A DNA stretch of 64,000 nucleotides. Source: Bdellovibrionota bacterium. Its GTDB lineage: Bacteria; Bdellovibrionota_C; UBA2361; JAAYZI01. The notes under the pieces were generated by a model. That model did no database searches, was not told the DNA's origin, and saw nothing but the letters and a program-made list of their open reading frames with translations. The translations under genes were made by a program, and so were the position numbers. The DNA lies in assembly GCA_050950765.1 (NCBI GenBank), contig JBMNIF010000002.1:192001-256000 (forward strand), written 5' to 3'. Within the stretch, counting starts at the first letter, position 1, and each line of letters opens with the position of its first letter. Below, in pieces: positions 42,022-51,941 of the stretch.

Positions 42022-42107
42022 TTCTTTGTCTACTAGCACATTTACAAAAAGCTTTAATTAAAGTTAAGGATCAGTAACTTCACTAAGATTAAACCGCTTA
42101 AAATATA

Positions 42108-42923
42108 TCACTTATCTACCTGCTTAATCTGTTTAGTTTCATTTGATAAAACAAGGATCTCCTGCTCACTACGTTTAAAATCTCTTTCAACGTATTCAGC
42201 GATCTCTGGTATAGACAAAGCTGTTAAGATCAATCCGATCCCGATGGTAAGGGGGAAAGCGATAATAAAGATATTAACTTGCGGAACAGCTCTTGAGATT
42301 AACCCCATTACAAACTTAGTAAGTAAAATTGCTACAATAGCAGGTGCTGAAACCATAACTCCTGCTTCAAAAATCAGAGCACTTCTATCTATTAATAATT
42401 TTATCCCTGTTTCTGTAATTAAAAAGCTCCCAGGAACTATCACTCCACCTAAGCCTGAAGCAGCATAAATAACATAATGGTGTCCACCGAATAACAAGAA
42501 GAAACAGATCGTCAGATCTCCAACAAATCTACTTAATGGTGTTATACTGATCCCCATCGTCGGATCGTACATCTGCCCTGCTGAAAGTCCCATCGCCGTA
42601 GATGATAACTGCATACCCGTTTGCACACCAGCTATCACCATAGCCGGAATTGCACCCAACATCAGTCCAAATAATAGCTCAGAAAAGATCCCTGCTATCA
42701 CTGCTCCCCAATCCGCAGGCATCTCGGCATAAGCACCATTTATAGTAGCAGCATACGTCATAAATAGAATAGCAGGGATACGAATGGTCATCCCCCTTAT
42801 ACCGCCCCCCACTCCAGGAACGATCGTCATCATTGCAGCAAAACGTGTAAAAACCAGAAGAAAGCTCCAGATTACATCATAACGTTCCAGCAAATTGATT
42901 GGGAAAAAGAGAGTTGTATCCAT
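42108..42923 (-). CDS. fliR: Flagellar export protein FliR
   Basis: Hydrophobic; GLISRAVPQVNIFIIAFPL; downstream of fliQ. Confidence 0.92.
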   Translation of the reverse strand: MDTTLFFPINLLERYDVIWSFLLVFTRFAAMMTIVPGVGGGIRGMTIRIPAILFMTYAATINGAYAEMPADWGAVIAGIFSELLFGLMLGAIPAMVIAGVQTGMQLSSTAMGLSAGQMYDPTMGISITPLSRFVGDLTICFFLLFGGHHYVIYAASGLGGVIVPGSFLITETGIKLLIDRSALIFEAGVMVSAPAIVAILLTKFVMGLISRAVPQVNIFIIAFPLTIGIGLILTALSIPEIAEYVERDFKRSEQEILVLSNETKQIKQVDK

Positions 42924-42934
42924 ATTTTTTCACG

Positions 42935-43204
42935 TTATGGTCCGAGATATGGAATCTGTTCATAAACCCAGATCGTAAAACTTGAAATACGACCGATCAT
43001 AAAGTGTCCGAAAAGCAACAATGCTATAATCATAGCAGCGATTTTTGGGATAAAAGCTAAAGCTGCATCATTAATCTGCGTAGCTGCTTGGAAGATACTA
43101 ACTATTAAACCTGCCACAAGCGCCAGTAGCAACATCGGTGTAGAAACGATTACGGCTGTTTGCAAGCCAACCTGCCCCAAACGCATAAAATCATCGATAT
43201 TCAT
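42935..43204 (-). CDS. fliQ: Flagellar export protein FliQ
   Basis: GLIVSIFQAATQIND..L.FIPK. Confidence 0.95.
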   Translation of the reverse strand: MNIDDFMRLGQVGLQTAVIVSTPMLLLALVAGLIVSIFQAATQINDAALAFIPKIAAMIIALLLFGHFMIGRISSFTIWVYEQIPYLGP

Positions 43205-43223
43205 CGCGCTCTACCTCCCACTT

Positions 43224-43991
43224 TTAAACATGATACGTTTGTACCACTGAACTGATTATTAAATGCCAGCCATCAACGATTACAAAAAGCATTAATTTTA
43301 AAGGTAACGAAATGACTGTTGGCGGCAGTGTAATCATACTCATCGAGGTCAAGACCGAAGAGACCACCATGTCCAAGACTAAAAATGGCAAAGCTATTAA
43401 GAATCCGATCTGAAAAGCAGTAAAGAGTTCACTTAGAACAAAGGCTGGCACAGCAACAACGAATGAAACATTCTCAACATCTTCCGGCATTTCAGAACCG
43501 GTAATATCAAGAAAAAGTGCGATATCTTTCTCTCGGCTGTGCCCCACTAAAAATTCTTTCATCGGCTTAGAAGCTTTCTTCATAGCTTCTTCATAACCCA
43601 TAATGCCATCCATATACGGCTTAATTCCCCCCGTATACATATCGCTAAAAACAGGGTTCATCACAGCAAAAGTTAAAAAAAGTGCCAGTCCCGTCAAAAT
43701 TGTACTTGGTGGCAATTGTTGCGTTCCTAAAGCCTGCCTCGTCATACCTAAGACTACTGCAATCCTAGTAAAGGATGTCATCGTAAGGCAGATTGAGGGC
43801 AAAAACGCTATAACCGTAAAGATCGCTACAATTTTTAAAGTTGAAGCTATCGTTCCACCAGTTGCAATATTCGTATCGCCAATTTTTAAGGCTATCTCTG
43901 GTAGCTCCAACTCTTCACAAAAGCCGAGAGTAGGAACTAAAAGAGCACCCAAAGCAACTAAAAATAAAGATGGCTTTAAGTAAGTTTTCAT
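43224..43991 (-). CDS. fliP: Flagellar export protein FliP
   Basis: MTSFTRI, RQALGTQQLPP, PAFVLSEL..AFQIGF, LPLKLMLFVIVDGW. Confidence 0.96.
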   Translation of the reverse strand: MKTYLKPSLFLVALGALLVPTLGFCEELELPEIALKIGDTNIATGGTIASTLKIVAIFTVIAFLPSICLTMTSFTRIAVVLGMTRQALGTQQLPPSTILTGLALFLTFAVMNPVFSDMYTGGIKPYMDGIMGYEEAMKKASKPMKEFLVGHSREKDIALFLDITGSEMPEDVENVSFVVAVPAFVLSELFTAFQIGFLIALPFLVLDMVVSSVLTSMSMITLPPTVISLPLKLMLFVIVDGWHLIISSVVQTYHV

Positions 43992-44542
43992 GCTGAGAGC
44001 CTCACATTCTCATCATCAAAGATCTCGGAAAAGGTATCTGCACTACCAACTCCGAGAACCTCTGTGCGTTCCGGTGTTTTTTCAGGACAAAATGAAACCT
44101 GTTCATTTCCGACAGTAAATAAGATCTCTCGACCAGCATATTCAGCTAAAACTAAGGTGGTTTTTGTTGTCACCTGCGTTTTTTCAATAATACGCACCTT
44201 GCGGGCAGCACCCTTTAAACCCCCGCCTTTATCATGAATTTTTCGGAGAATAGAGATGCCGATTAAAAATACTCCAAGACAGAGGCTCAACCCTTTAAGC
44301 ATAGTGAATCCGTTAGGTTGAGTGTCAGCAGTATCCGCTGCTAAACTCCAATCCGTAACACCCTTTGAAACTTTTACAGGTGTTGAAGCACGTTCTTGTT
44401 TAATTGATTCTTTAAGCTTAGCCACAGAATTGCGTAAAGCTACCTCTTTGGAGGAAGTAGCATCCTCTGCAAAAACAACTTGCGGCAAAAGAAAAACAGA
44501 AAGAAATAATATTATCCTAAGCATTTTTATAAGCCTCCTCAC
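43988..44542 (-). CDS. fliO: FliO-like flagellar protein
   Basis: Position between fliN and fliP; TM followed by VRIIEK...LVLAEY.GREIL. Confidence 0.75.
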   Translation of the reverse strand: MRRLIKMLRIILFLSVFLLPQVVFAEDATSSKEVALRNSVAKLKESIKQERASTPVKVSKGVTDWSLAADTADTQPNGFTMLKGLSLCLGVFLIGISILRKIHDKGGGLKGAARKVRIIEKTQVTTKTTLVLAEYAGREILFTVGNEQVSFCPEKTPERTEVLGVGSADTFSEIFDDENVRLSA

Positions 44543-44592
44543 CTCTTCGTATAACTTCTGTACACGAGCTCACACACAGAGAAGCGTTAGCC

Positions 44593-44946
44593 TCATCCCA
44601 ATCCTTCAACACGCTCATCAGGTGAGATGATATCGGTTAGACGAACACCGAATTTTTCATTAACAATCACCGCCTCACCTCTAGCGACTTGACGACCGTT
44701 AACATAGATATCCAACGGCTCTCCGGCTAGCTTTTCAAGCTCCATCACAGAACCTTGCCCGAGCTGTAACAGATCTTGAATAGTCATACGGGCTCTTCCA
44801 ACTTCAACACTAATCTGCAGTGTCACATCCAGTAAGAAATCAAGAGTCTGTGATTTTTTAGAAGTTATCGCTGTTACTGATTGAGAAACCTCTTCTGCGG
44901 CTCCAGCAACTTGCTCTAAACCTTCATTAATTCCTTCATTCTCCAT
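44593..44946 (-). CDS. fliN: Flagellar motor switch protein FliN
   Basis: LLDVTLQISVEVGR, LGQGSVMELEKLAGEPLDIYVNG, GEAVIVNEKFGVRLTDI. Confidence 0.96.
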   Translation of the reverse strand: MENEGINEGLEQVAGAAEEVSQSVTAITSKKSQTLDFLLDVTLQISVEVGRARMTIQDLLQLGQGSVMELEKLAGEPLDIYVNGRQVARGEAVIVNEKFGVRLTDIISPDERVEGLG

Positions 44947-45967
44947 TTTGTAATAACTCCTGTTTATTTCGATAAGCAATTAAATCTGCTGCCGGTATCG
45001 GACGTGTAATCCTAACCGCACGATTCCCTCGATAACTCCCCACATACCCATAAAATTTCGGCTCACCTTCAACCATAACCAACGCTTCATCAGAGGGATT
45101 AGTATCTAATGTCACAATGTCGTTTACTTTGAGGTTAAGGAAATCTTTTGTTGAAATAGTTCCCTGCGCTAACTGTACACTTGTTTTAGCAGTCGTCTGG
45201 CGAATATTGCGATCCATTCTTTGTATTAAGCCTGAATCGACCTCCAATCTTGTACTTTGAAAGCCCGTAGCAAGTTTGCTGCGTAACGGTTCAATCGTTG
45301 AATACGGCGTGCATAAGGTTAAGGTTGTGCTTTCAGACTCCAACTCCACTTCAATCGTAACAACGATTACAACATCAGTCGGAGGAACGATAGCAACAGC
45401 TAACGGATTAAACTCGGAACGAACATAGACAAAATCAACTGGATGTATCGGTGCCCAAGCATCTTTTAAAACATCAAGCGCAACCATCACTATTTTACCG
45501 ATCAATCTATTTTCAATCGGCGTAAATTCACGACCTTCAATTTTAACACGACCCTGTCCACCACCTCCAAAAAGGCTATCTACAATGCCAAACACTAACG
45601 GTGAAGAAACAACCATCAAGGCATAACCTGATAACGGCGGCATTCTAAAAATATGTAGCGATGACGGTAGCGGCAGCTTTTTCATGAAGAGACCGAACTT
45701 TATCATCTCTATTCCGCCAACATTGGCAAAACAGGTTCGTCCGAGAAATTTAGCTAAATTTGTTCGAAATTGACGGGCAAAACGATCGTGTATTAACTCC
45801 ATAGTCGGCATACGACCACGGATAATTCTCTCCTGATTAGCAAGATCGAACTTCTTCACATCCATGTGAATATCTTGACGTGATTCAATAGAATCTGTTT
45901 CAACGTCCCCTTCGGAGAGACCTCTTAACAAAGAGTTTATTTCATCCTGAGTTAAAACCTGATTCAT
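44936..45967 (-). CDS. fliM: Flagellar motor switch protein FliM
   Basis: VLTQDEINSLL CheY-binding motif, QERIIRGRMPT, GREFT.IE. Confidence 0.96.
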   Translation of the reverse strand: MNQVLTQDEINSLLRGLSEGDVETDSIESRQDIHMDVKKFDLANQERIIRGRMPTMELIHDRFARQFRTNLAKFLGRTCFANVGGIEMIKFGLFMKKLPLPSSLHIFRMPPLSGYALMVVSSPLVFGIVDSLFGGGGQGRVKIEGREFTPIENRLIGKIVMVALDVLKDAWAPIHPVDFVYVRSEFNPLAVAIVPPTDVVIVVTIEVELESESTTLTLCTPYSTIEPLRSKLATGFQSTRLEVDSGLIQRMDRNIRQTTAKTSVQLAQGTISTKDFLNLKVNDIVTLDTNPSDEALVMVEGEPKFYGYVGSYRGNRAVRITRPIPAADLIAYRNKQELLQNGE

Positions 45968-45993
45968 ACTACCTCACAAAAGTACACATCACC

Positions 45994-46605
45994 TCAAACA
46001 TTCGCTTTAACTTCCAGAGCGGCAACATTAAAACCACCATCTACATTTAATTTTATGCAGTTGCCTCCTAATAGCTCCACCTGCAACCTCTTACGTTCAA
46101 GATCTCCTTTAAAAAGCTCTTTTCGTAATACTAAGGCGTATTGCAACGCTCCATGCCAAGCATCTTCAGAACAAGATCTGACGAGAACCTGCCCCGTCTC
46201 CCTTGTTGCTAAAAAATCAGCCAGCTGCGCCTTTGCCTTAGGCGTTAACTCACCATTTTCAGAAAAATCAGTAGCAACAAAAAACAATTTTTCTGAAAAT
46301 TGCTTCTCCTTTGGCTCTTGCTCCTTATTTAATGCAAGGGCGGTGCCAACTTTATGGCTTTGTATATGATTACTTTTTGCAACAGAAGGGTTCTTTATTT
46401 TGCTATCATTTAAAGGAGTTAAGTCATTATTTGGGATCGGCTTAATATGCCCGTAGCAAACTAAGGAAAGTATAAAACATAACAAGAGTGTCAAAAGATC
46501 GCCAAAACTGACCAACCACTCTGTTCTTTTTTTGCCAGAGGCATTACCACCTGCTTTTATGGTGTTTTTTCTAAAATCAAAATCCTGCACCATCTTTTTC
46601 ACCAT
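45994..46605 (-). CDS. MotB-like stator subunit (TM Asp retained, degenerate periplasmic domain)
   Basis: EWLVSFGDLLTLLLCF matches the MotB TM motif; no GHTD/N..LS..RA peptidoglycan-binding motif. Confidence 0.75.
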   Translation of the reverse strand: MVKKMVQDFDFRKNTIKAGGNASGKKRTEWLVSFGDLLTLLLCFILSLVCYGHIKPIPNNDLTPLNDSKIKNPSVAKSNHIQSHKVGTALALNKEQEPKEKQFSEKLFFVATDFSENGELTPKAKAQLADFLATRETGQVLVRSCSEDAWHGALQYALVLRKELFKGDLERKRLQVELLGGNCIKLNVDGGFNVAALEVKANV

Positions 46606-47074
46606 TTAACTTAATAAACTTAACCTTAGCCTGTGTTCCAAGTGGTAGCTCCGCTGTAAGAATCCTCCAACTATCTTGTGGAATATTTTGACCTTCAAGG
46701 TATTTTGCAAGGGTAATTGCACGTCCCAAAGTAGTATTGTAATCAAGCTCAGAAGGAGAGGCGGGGCTGAGTAAGATCTCCATATCGATATCGTGATTCT
46801 CTAAAAGCATCACCAAAGCAGTTACGATATCTGCATTTAGATCGTGTGTAGCTTCTTTAAATAGATCATTATAAGTGACTTCACTTAAATCCGTAGCCTT
46901 TACAAAATTTCTTATCTCAACTTGATCTTCTGGTGTTTTTTTAGGTTGCGGTCCTCTTAAAAACGCTCCAATTGTAAAAACAAGGATGATTAAAATCAGT
47001 GAAAGGTATTGCACAAAAAAGGTGTTCTTTACACCCTTTCTCCCTTTCATCTGTTCAATAAAGTTGAGCATCAA
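46577..47074 (-). CDS. Second MotB-like single-pass protein lacking the TM Asp
   Basis: FVQYLSLILIILVF TM; C-terminal LGRAITLAKYLEGQNIP resembles the end of an OmpA-like domain; follows motA. Confidence 0.55.
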   Translation of the reverse strand: MMLNFIEQMKGRKGVKNTFFVQYLSLILIILVFTIGAFLRGPQPKKTPEDQVEIRNFVKATDLSEVTYNDLFKEATHDLNADIVTALVMLLENHDIDMEILLSPASPSELDYNTTLGRAITLAKYLEGQNIPQDSWRILTAELPLGTQAKVKFIKLNGEKDGAGF

Positions 47075-47100
47075 AACCCTCGTAACCTCTCGCTATCACA

Positions 47101-47883
47101 CTACGCAGCCGGTGCTAGTGGTAGAAAGCTTTGTAGCCTCTGCTCTACAACTATTGCATTTTCCTGATTACCTAAACTTAAAACACCTTCTATCGTAATA
47201 GCCTTTACAATAGCATCCTCTTCACTTCTAGCTTTTAACTTCCCTGCCACAGGCAGAAACAACATATTTGATAAAACAGCACCATAAAACGTTGTAACCA
47301 TCGCAACAGACATGGCTGGACCCACAGTTGCAGGATCGTTAAGTTTCCCCAGCATACTGATTAAACCTAAAAGCGTGCCGATTAACCCCATAGCAGGCGC
47401 ATAACTCCCCATTGCTTCAAAAACATTTATAGCATGTGAGGCTTTTTCCACTGATGCTCTAAGCTCTGTCTCTAATATATTACGAATATCGGGAGCATTT
47501 TGCGCATCCACAGAGAGCCTTAACGCTGTTGTCAAAAATTTGTCATCCACCTCTTCGGCAGCCTGCTCAAGGACGAGCAGCCCTTCTCGACGAACCAACC
47601 CTGCTAACCTGACCAGAAACTTAATCCTATCTTGCGGGTGATAATCTTTGGTAATAAGAACGTCACAAAAAGCGCTCCAAGCGTGTTTAATATCGTAAAA
47701 AGAAAAATTGATAAGGGTGGCACCAATAGTACCGCCAACAACGATTAATGCACTCATCGGACTGACAAAATTTCCGAAATCGCCACTAAAAACCATTCCT
47801 GCCAGTAGTAAAAAGATACACAGTGCCAGCCCTGCAACGACACCACGATCTAAATTTTGAAGATCACCTTGCCAATATTTCAC
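47101..47883 (-). CDS. motA: Flagellar stator protein MotA/PomA
   Basis: IVVGGT, RREGLLVLE, APAMGLIGTLLGLI, AMVTTFYG, FLPVAGKL. Confidence 0.93.
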   Translation of the reverse strand: MKYWQGDLQNLDRGVVAGLALCIFLLLAGMVFSGDFGNFVSPMSALIVVGGTIGATLINFSFYDIKHAWSAFCDVLITKDYHPQDRIKFLVRLAGLVRREGLLVLEQAAEEVDDKFLTTALRLSVDAQNAPDIRNILETELRASVEKASHAINVFEAMGSYAPAMGLIGTLLGLISMLGKLNDPATVGPAMSVAMVTTFYGAVLSNMLFLPVAGKLKARSEEDAIVKAITIEGVLSLGNQENAIVVEQRLQSFLPLAPAA

Positions 47884-47959
47884 TTTTCCAATCCTCTAAG
47901 TATTCATAAGAAAAGCTCTATTCAGATAAAAATAGATACTTTCGCCTACCCCTTATAGG

Positions 47960-47975
47960 GCAAGCTGCATGCCAA
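47960..47975 (-). promoter_or_regulatory. sigma54 (-24/-12) promoter of the motA-fliR operon
   Basis: Minus strand TTGGCATGCAGCTTGC, near-consensus GG-N10-GC. Confidence 0.8.
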
Positions 47976-48026
47976 AGATGTTCTTAATTAAAACAATATG
48001 TTATGATATTTTCTGAAGGAAAAAGC

Positions 48027-48040
48027 GTCTAATATTTGAC
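48027..48040. promoter_or_regulatory. Candidate enhancer (FleQ/FlrA-type activator) site
   Basis: GTCTAATATTTGAC (GTC-N8-GAC), about 50 bp upstream of the sigma54 site. Confidence 0.5.
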
Positions 48041-48157
48041 ATAGGGGTGATAGAGTCATTTTATTCTCTTTTTTTACTGTTTATGAAAAGATTCGGCAAA
48101 AAAGCCTGAAAGAGGATAAGTATCGGACGGTGTTTAGACACGAGGGGCATTTGTAAA

Positions 48158-48937
48158 ATGGCAGCACAAAGCAACAATCAAAATATAGATTTAAAATCAC
48201 AAAAGACTCAACAAGATCTGTTACTCGAGAAGATTCAACATTTACTAGATCGTACAGATCCGAATGATTGGCGTAAAGGTGGCGCACCATTAAATCCAGA
48301 TGATCGTTTTAAAAAACCACAACAGACTTGGGAAGAGTTATATACATTACCGATCCCTGCTGGTGTACTCGCCATGCGCAAATCTACACCTGTAAGGAGT
48401 GACTTCCTCGGTAGAGGCTTTATGCTAATTCCCGCAGCACCACCGCAATTTACGGTAGAGCTACGTCCACACGGTTGGCATCACAGCGATTTAACCGATC
48501 CATATAAAAGAACGCAGTCCGCTGATCGGAGTTGTCGTGTTCTTTGCGAAGGGGATATCGCTATCAAGATCTATAAACAGATAGAAAAAGCTTACAACAA
48601 CTTTCATGATGCTCAACAAAGTTCGTTCGATAAAGAGGTTTATGATTTTGCATGTAGACTCCCTGCTCTACTTAGAGAAGAAACTACCTCTCTCTGGGAG
48701 AGGATTGAAGAGACGGCAGGTGATGTGCGTTTTGTAACAGAAATGAAGGAGATGCGAATTGAAGTTGTCCATAACTTCATAGGGCAACGTGAAAATTACG
48801 AGCTTAATGTAACTAAGTTACGCCTCCGCTCAAATATTAAAGACCGTGCCTTAGCAAAAGAAATTTTTGAAGCTGTGGAACAGTTAGGAACAACTTCTCG
48901 TTTGCACACTCTATCACAAGCCTTAGAAGAGCTTTAA
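48158..48937 (+). CDS. Hypothetical cytoplasmic protein
   Basis: 259-aa ORF with RBS GAGGGG; no recognised motif. Confidence 0.75.
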   Translation: MAAQSNNQNIDLKSQKTQQDLLLEKIQHLLDRTDPNDWRKGGAPLNPDDRFKKPQQTWEELYTLPIPAGVLAMRKSTPVRSDFLGRGFMLIPAAPPQFTVELRPHGWHHSDLTDPYKRTQSADRSCRVLCEGDIAIKIYKQIEKAYNNFHDAQQSSFDKEVYDFACRLPALLREETTSLWERIEETAGDVRFVTEMKEMRIEVVHNFIGQRENYELNVTKLRLRSNIKDRALAKEIFEAVEQLGTTSRLHTLSQALEEL

Positions 48938-49109
48938 AAATTAACTTTATTAAAAAATTTTATTCTTCATCACAGCAAGCGAGATGACCCGTTCGGTCTT
49001 TCTCTAAAAGTTCTCACCTTTACGCTAGCAGCATGAATTATAACCCCTATTATAATAGTAGATGTATCTAGCCACTTAAGATATGAAGGGTTAAAGAGCG
49101 TGATAAGTG

Positions 49110-49670
49110 TTATTTTTCCGATATTTCACATAAAATATGAACTATCGTGATATGCGATTCCTGAATCCTCGCCGTATTCTCTGCAGGAACGATGATAGCG
49201 ATATCCGCCACATCTTTAATTTTGCCACCGTCCTTTCCTGTTAAAGCAATGGTAAAACACCCCTTTTCTTTAGCTACTTGAACGGCTTCAATAACATTTT
49301 TTGAATTACCAGAAGTCGAAAAACCGATTAACACATCTTTAGCCGAACAGAACGTTGCTGCATATCGAGCAAAGGCAGATCGATAGTCGTAATCATTTGA
49401 CCAACACGTCAGTCCACCAGGATCGGAGAAGGAAAGCGCTTTAAATCCTTTTCTTTCCTCTTCATAACGGGCAACTAACTCTTGTGTTAAGTGCATAGAA
49501 TCACAACAAGAGCCGCCATTACCGCAAGAGTAGACCACTCCACCTTCTGCTATAACATCTTTAACCTTCTTAGCTGCTAAAGCTATCTGAGAAACTATCT
49601 CATCACTATCAACAATACTTCGCTTTATATTAGCAGATTCTGAAAAACGATTTTTGATAAGATCTTTCAT
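49110..49670 (-). CDS. gmhA: Phosphoheptose isomerase (SIS domain)
   Basis: CGNGGS..D..H, NDY, FSTSGNS.NV, LTGKDGG, TARIQESH. Confidence 0.92.
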   Translation of the reverse strand: MKDLIKNRFSESANIKRSIVDSDEIVSQIALAAKKVKDVIAEGGVVYSCGNGGSCCDSMHLTQELVARYEEERKGFKALSFSDPGGLTCWSNDYDYRSAFARYAATFCSAKDVLIGFSTSGNSKNVIEAVQVAKEKGCFTIALTGKDGGKIKDVADIAIIVPAENTARIQESHITIVHILCEISEK

Positions 49671-49693
49671 ATAGTCACACCATACTTGAATAT

Positions 49694-49933
49694 TTAATAC
49701 TTAACAGTATACCCACCAGGCTTTCTGTCTACTACACGACTTGTTGGAGCTTTCGGCTTTTTTGCTTCCCGCATTGCGGCATTACGTCGTTTTTTTTCAC
49801 TGTGATTATCTCTGATGGAATCGAAAATAAACATCATTACAAACCACAAGCCTCCTACAATCAGTGCGCCTATTAGCACACCTAGCATGGCATTACCACC
49901 TTCTAGAGCTCTTTTCCGACCATTTTTCATCAT
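49694..49933 (-). CDS. Small single-TM protein with basic tail
   Basis: 79 aa; architecture parallels the neighbour at 49956-50189. Confidence 0.6.
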   Translation of the reverse strand: MMKNGRKRALEGGNAMLGVLIGALIVGGLWFVMMFIFDSIRDNHSEKKRRNAAMREAKKPKAPTSRVVDRKPGGYTVKY

Positions 49934-49955
49934 AGTAAATCACCGTGTCCTTCAA

Positions 49956-50189
49956 TTAATACCTGATAGTAGTACCTTTTGGTGCTCTCTCTTTTTTCGG
50001 CTCACTTTTAAATTGCTCCAAATGGTGTTGCCTACGCCTTTTGACCTTATCTTCTTTATAATTAAAAATCCAAGATTGCAACATAAAGAAGAGGGCCACA
50101 ATAACTGAAGCAATAAGAGCAACAGCGATTAGTGCGAATTGAGACTCCCCCCGTTCAGAAGATGAATTAGCAATATTTTTCCTCACCAT
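49956..50189 (-). CDS. Small single-TM protein with basic tail
   Basis: 77 aa; RBS AAGGGGTG; prepilin-like ERG followed by a hydrophobic run. Confidence 0.6.
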   Translation of the reverse strand: MVRKNIANSSSERGESQFALIAVALIASVIVALFFMLQSWIFNYKEDKVKRRRQHHLEQFKSEPKKERAPKGTTIRY

Positions 50190-50261
50190 ATCACCCTTTC
50201 TACAACTAAAAGATACTACTTCAAGAGAAGTACTATCACGGTTACCTTTTTAATAAATCAA

Positions 50262-51035
50262 CTACTCCTCAATCTCCTCTTCGTCCTCTTCAAGCAACCA
50301 ATCATCCTCAATCTCTGCCGAATCTTGCTTTGATTCATATTTATCCTTAACCAATCCGTTCCTGTATTGATAGTAAGCAGATTGCGTGAACAGGTAGTAA
50401 TCAACTGAACTTTCCTTAGCTGCCTTCATAGCTTCCAGCAAACCGTATCTGGTATCGATAAGATCTAAAGCAGTAGCACTTGAAGAGATGGTCCAATCCC
50501 ATTCCCAAGAGAGATCCGACCAATCATCAATCCAATACCAAGGAGAGATAAAAAACTCTACGCACTTGCCTATCCCATCACGCACCGTCGTTGGACCTAA
50601 AAATGGTAGCATAATATAAGGTCCCGCTGGTATCCCTTGATAAGCAAACGCTACACCGATATCTTCATAATGGTGCTCTAAACCGATTTCAGAAGCAACT
50701 TCAATAAATCCTGCCACACCGACAGTTGAATTTACAATAAAACGCCCCGTATGTTTTAAAGCTTGAGTAAACTTAAGTTGAATCAGATCACTAAGTAAAT
50801 ATTTAGGATAGGAGAGGTTTTTAAAGAAATTATTTACCCCTTTTTTAACGAATTCAGGCATCACATCACCATACCCACGTGCGATAGGCTCTGCTACATA
50901 CACATCCAAAGTATCATTAAACTCAAAAACAGCCCTATTGAATGATTCAAAAGGATCACTGATTTCATCCTCTGCAAACACCACACCGTTTACTAAGACA
51001 CCGCACATTAGAAAGACGTAGAATAATCTTTTCAC
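50262..51035 (-). CDS. mlaA: MlaA/VacJ family phospholipid transport protein
   Basis: DPFESFNRAVFEFND, RFIVNSTVG, GPYIMLPFLGPTTVRD. Confidence 0.92.
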   Translation of the reverse strand: MKRLFYVFLMCGVLVNGVVFAEDEISDPFESFNRAVFEFNDTLDVYVAEPIARGYGDVMPEFVKKGVNNFFKNLSYPKYLLSDLIQLKFTQALKHTGRFIVNSTVGVAGFIEVASEIGLEHHYEDIGVAFAYQGIPAGPYIMLPFLGPTTVRDGIGKCVEFFISPWYWIDDWSDLSWEWDWTISSSATALDLIDTRYGLLEAMKAAKESSVDYYLFTQSAYYQYRNGLVKDKYESKQDSAEIEDDWLLEEDEEEIEE

Positions 51036-51053
51036 AAGCCTACTCCTTTACTT

Positions 51054-51941
51054 TTAATTCAAAACCTCTGGCGTTAAAGGATCCGATCCTAACTGAATTT
51101 CTTTACCGTCAAGAATTCCATCACGATCAGTATCAACATCTAGTGGCGATGTGCCTAATGCCAACTCGACATCATCCCGTACTCCATCACCATCACTATC
51201 GGCACTTCTCCAATTAAGTCCTTTTCTTTTTTCAAAAGAATCGCTTAAACCATCACCATCACTATCTTGTGGCACACTTGCACTATCCAAAGGATCACTC
51301 CCTGAAAGAACCTCCGCACCATCACTTATGCCATCACCATCCGTGTCCGGATTTTTAGGATCCGTCCCGAGTAGAGCCTCTTCCTCGTTTGACAGACCAT
51401 CCAGATCATCATCAACCCCTCGATATCTCGCCGTGAACGAAGTGCGGGGTGCCACAGCGGGAACAGAGTTGGGATCTCTCGGATCGCTTCCAAAATCATT
51501 TTCAAGAGCATCCGAAAAACCGTCTCCATCACTATCAACAGTGTTATCATCATAAATACGCCCCAACCAATTTTCAGGGCTAGGCGCTGTTGCCGTTTTA
51601 GTTGTACCCTCTTTTTTTAACAAATCCGCAAACATAAACAGAGAAAAACTTTCATCTGCAACTTCATCACCATCCGAATCATCACCTTCCTCATCGTCAT
51701 CAGGTGTAGCACTTGCAGAAGGTGTCGGGGTTTCTGTTTCTGTTTCAGTTTCAGTCTCTGTCGGTGTCTCGCTTTCACTCTCTGTTTCAGATGGAGAAAC
51801 TTGTACCTGTGCCCCAAAATAATAATCTTCCTGACAAGCGTTCGTTCCACTCACTATAAAAGCGATGCCTATTATAACAGTCGACACAACTGAACGTTTA
51901 AGTTCACAACATTCTCTCTTAAGCATATTATTATCCGTCAT
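51054..51941 (-). CDS. Probable lipoprotein with bacterial thrombospondin-type-3-like Ca-binding repeats
   Basis: Repeated D(S/T)DGDG(L/I/F)SD..E...G(S/T)DP units; ET-rich linker; Cys after the hydrophobic leader. Confidence 0.8.
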   Translation of the reverse strand: MTDNNMLKRECCELKRSVVSTVIIGIAFIVSGTNACQEDYYFGAQVQVSPSETESESETPTETETETETETPTPSASATPDDDEEGDDSDGDEVADESFSLFMFADLLKKEGTTKTATAPSPENWLGRIYDDNTVDSDGDGFSDALENDFGSDPRDPNSVPAVAPRTSFTARYRGVDDDLDGLSNEEEALLGTDPKNPDTDGDGISDGAEVLSGSDPLDSASVPQDSDGDGLSDSFEKRKGLNWRSADSDGDGVRDDVELALGTSPLDVDTDRDGILDGKEIQLGSDPLTPEVLN

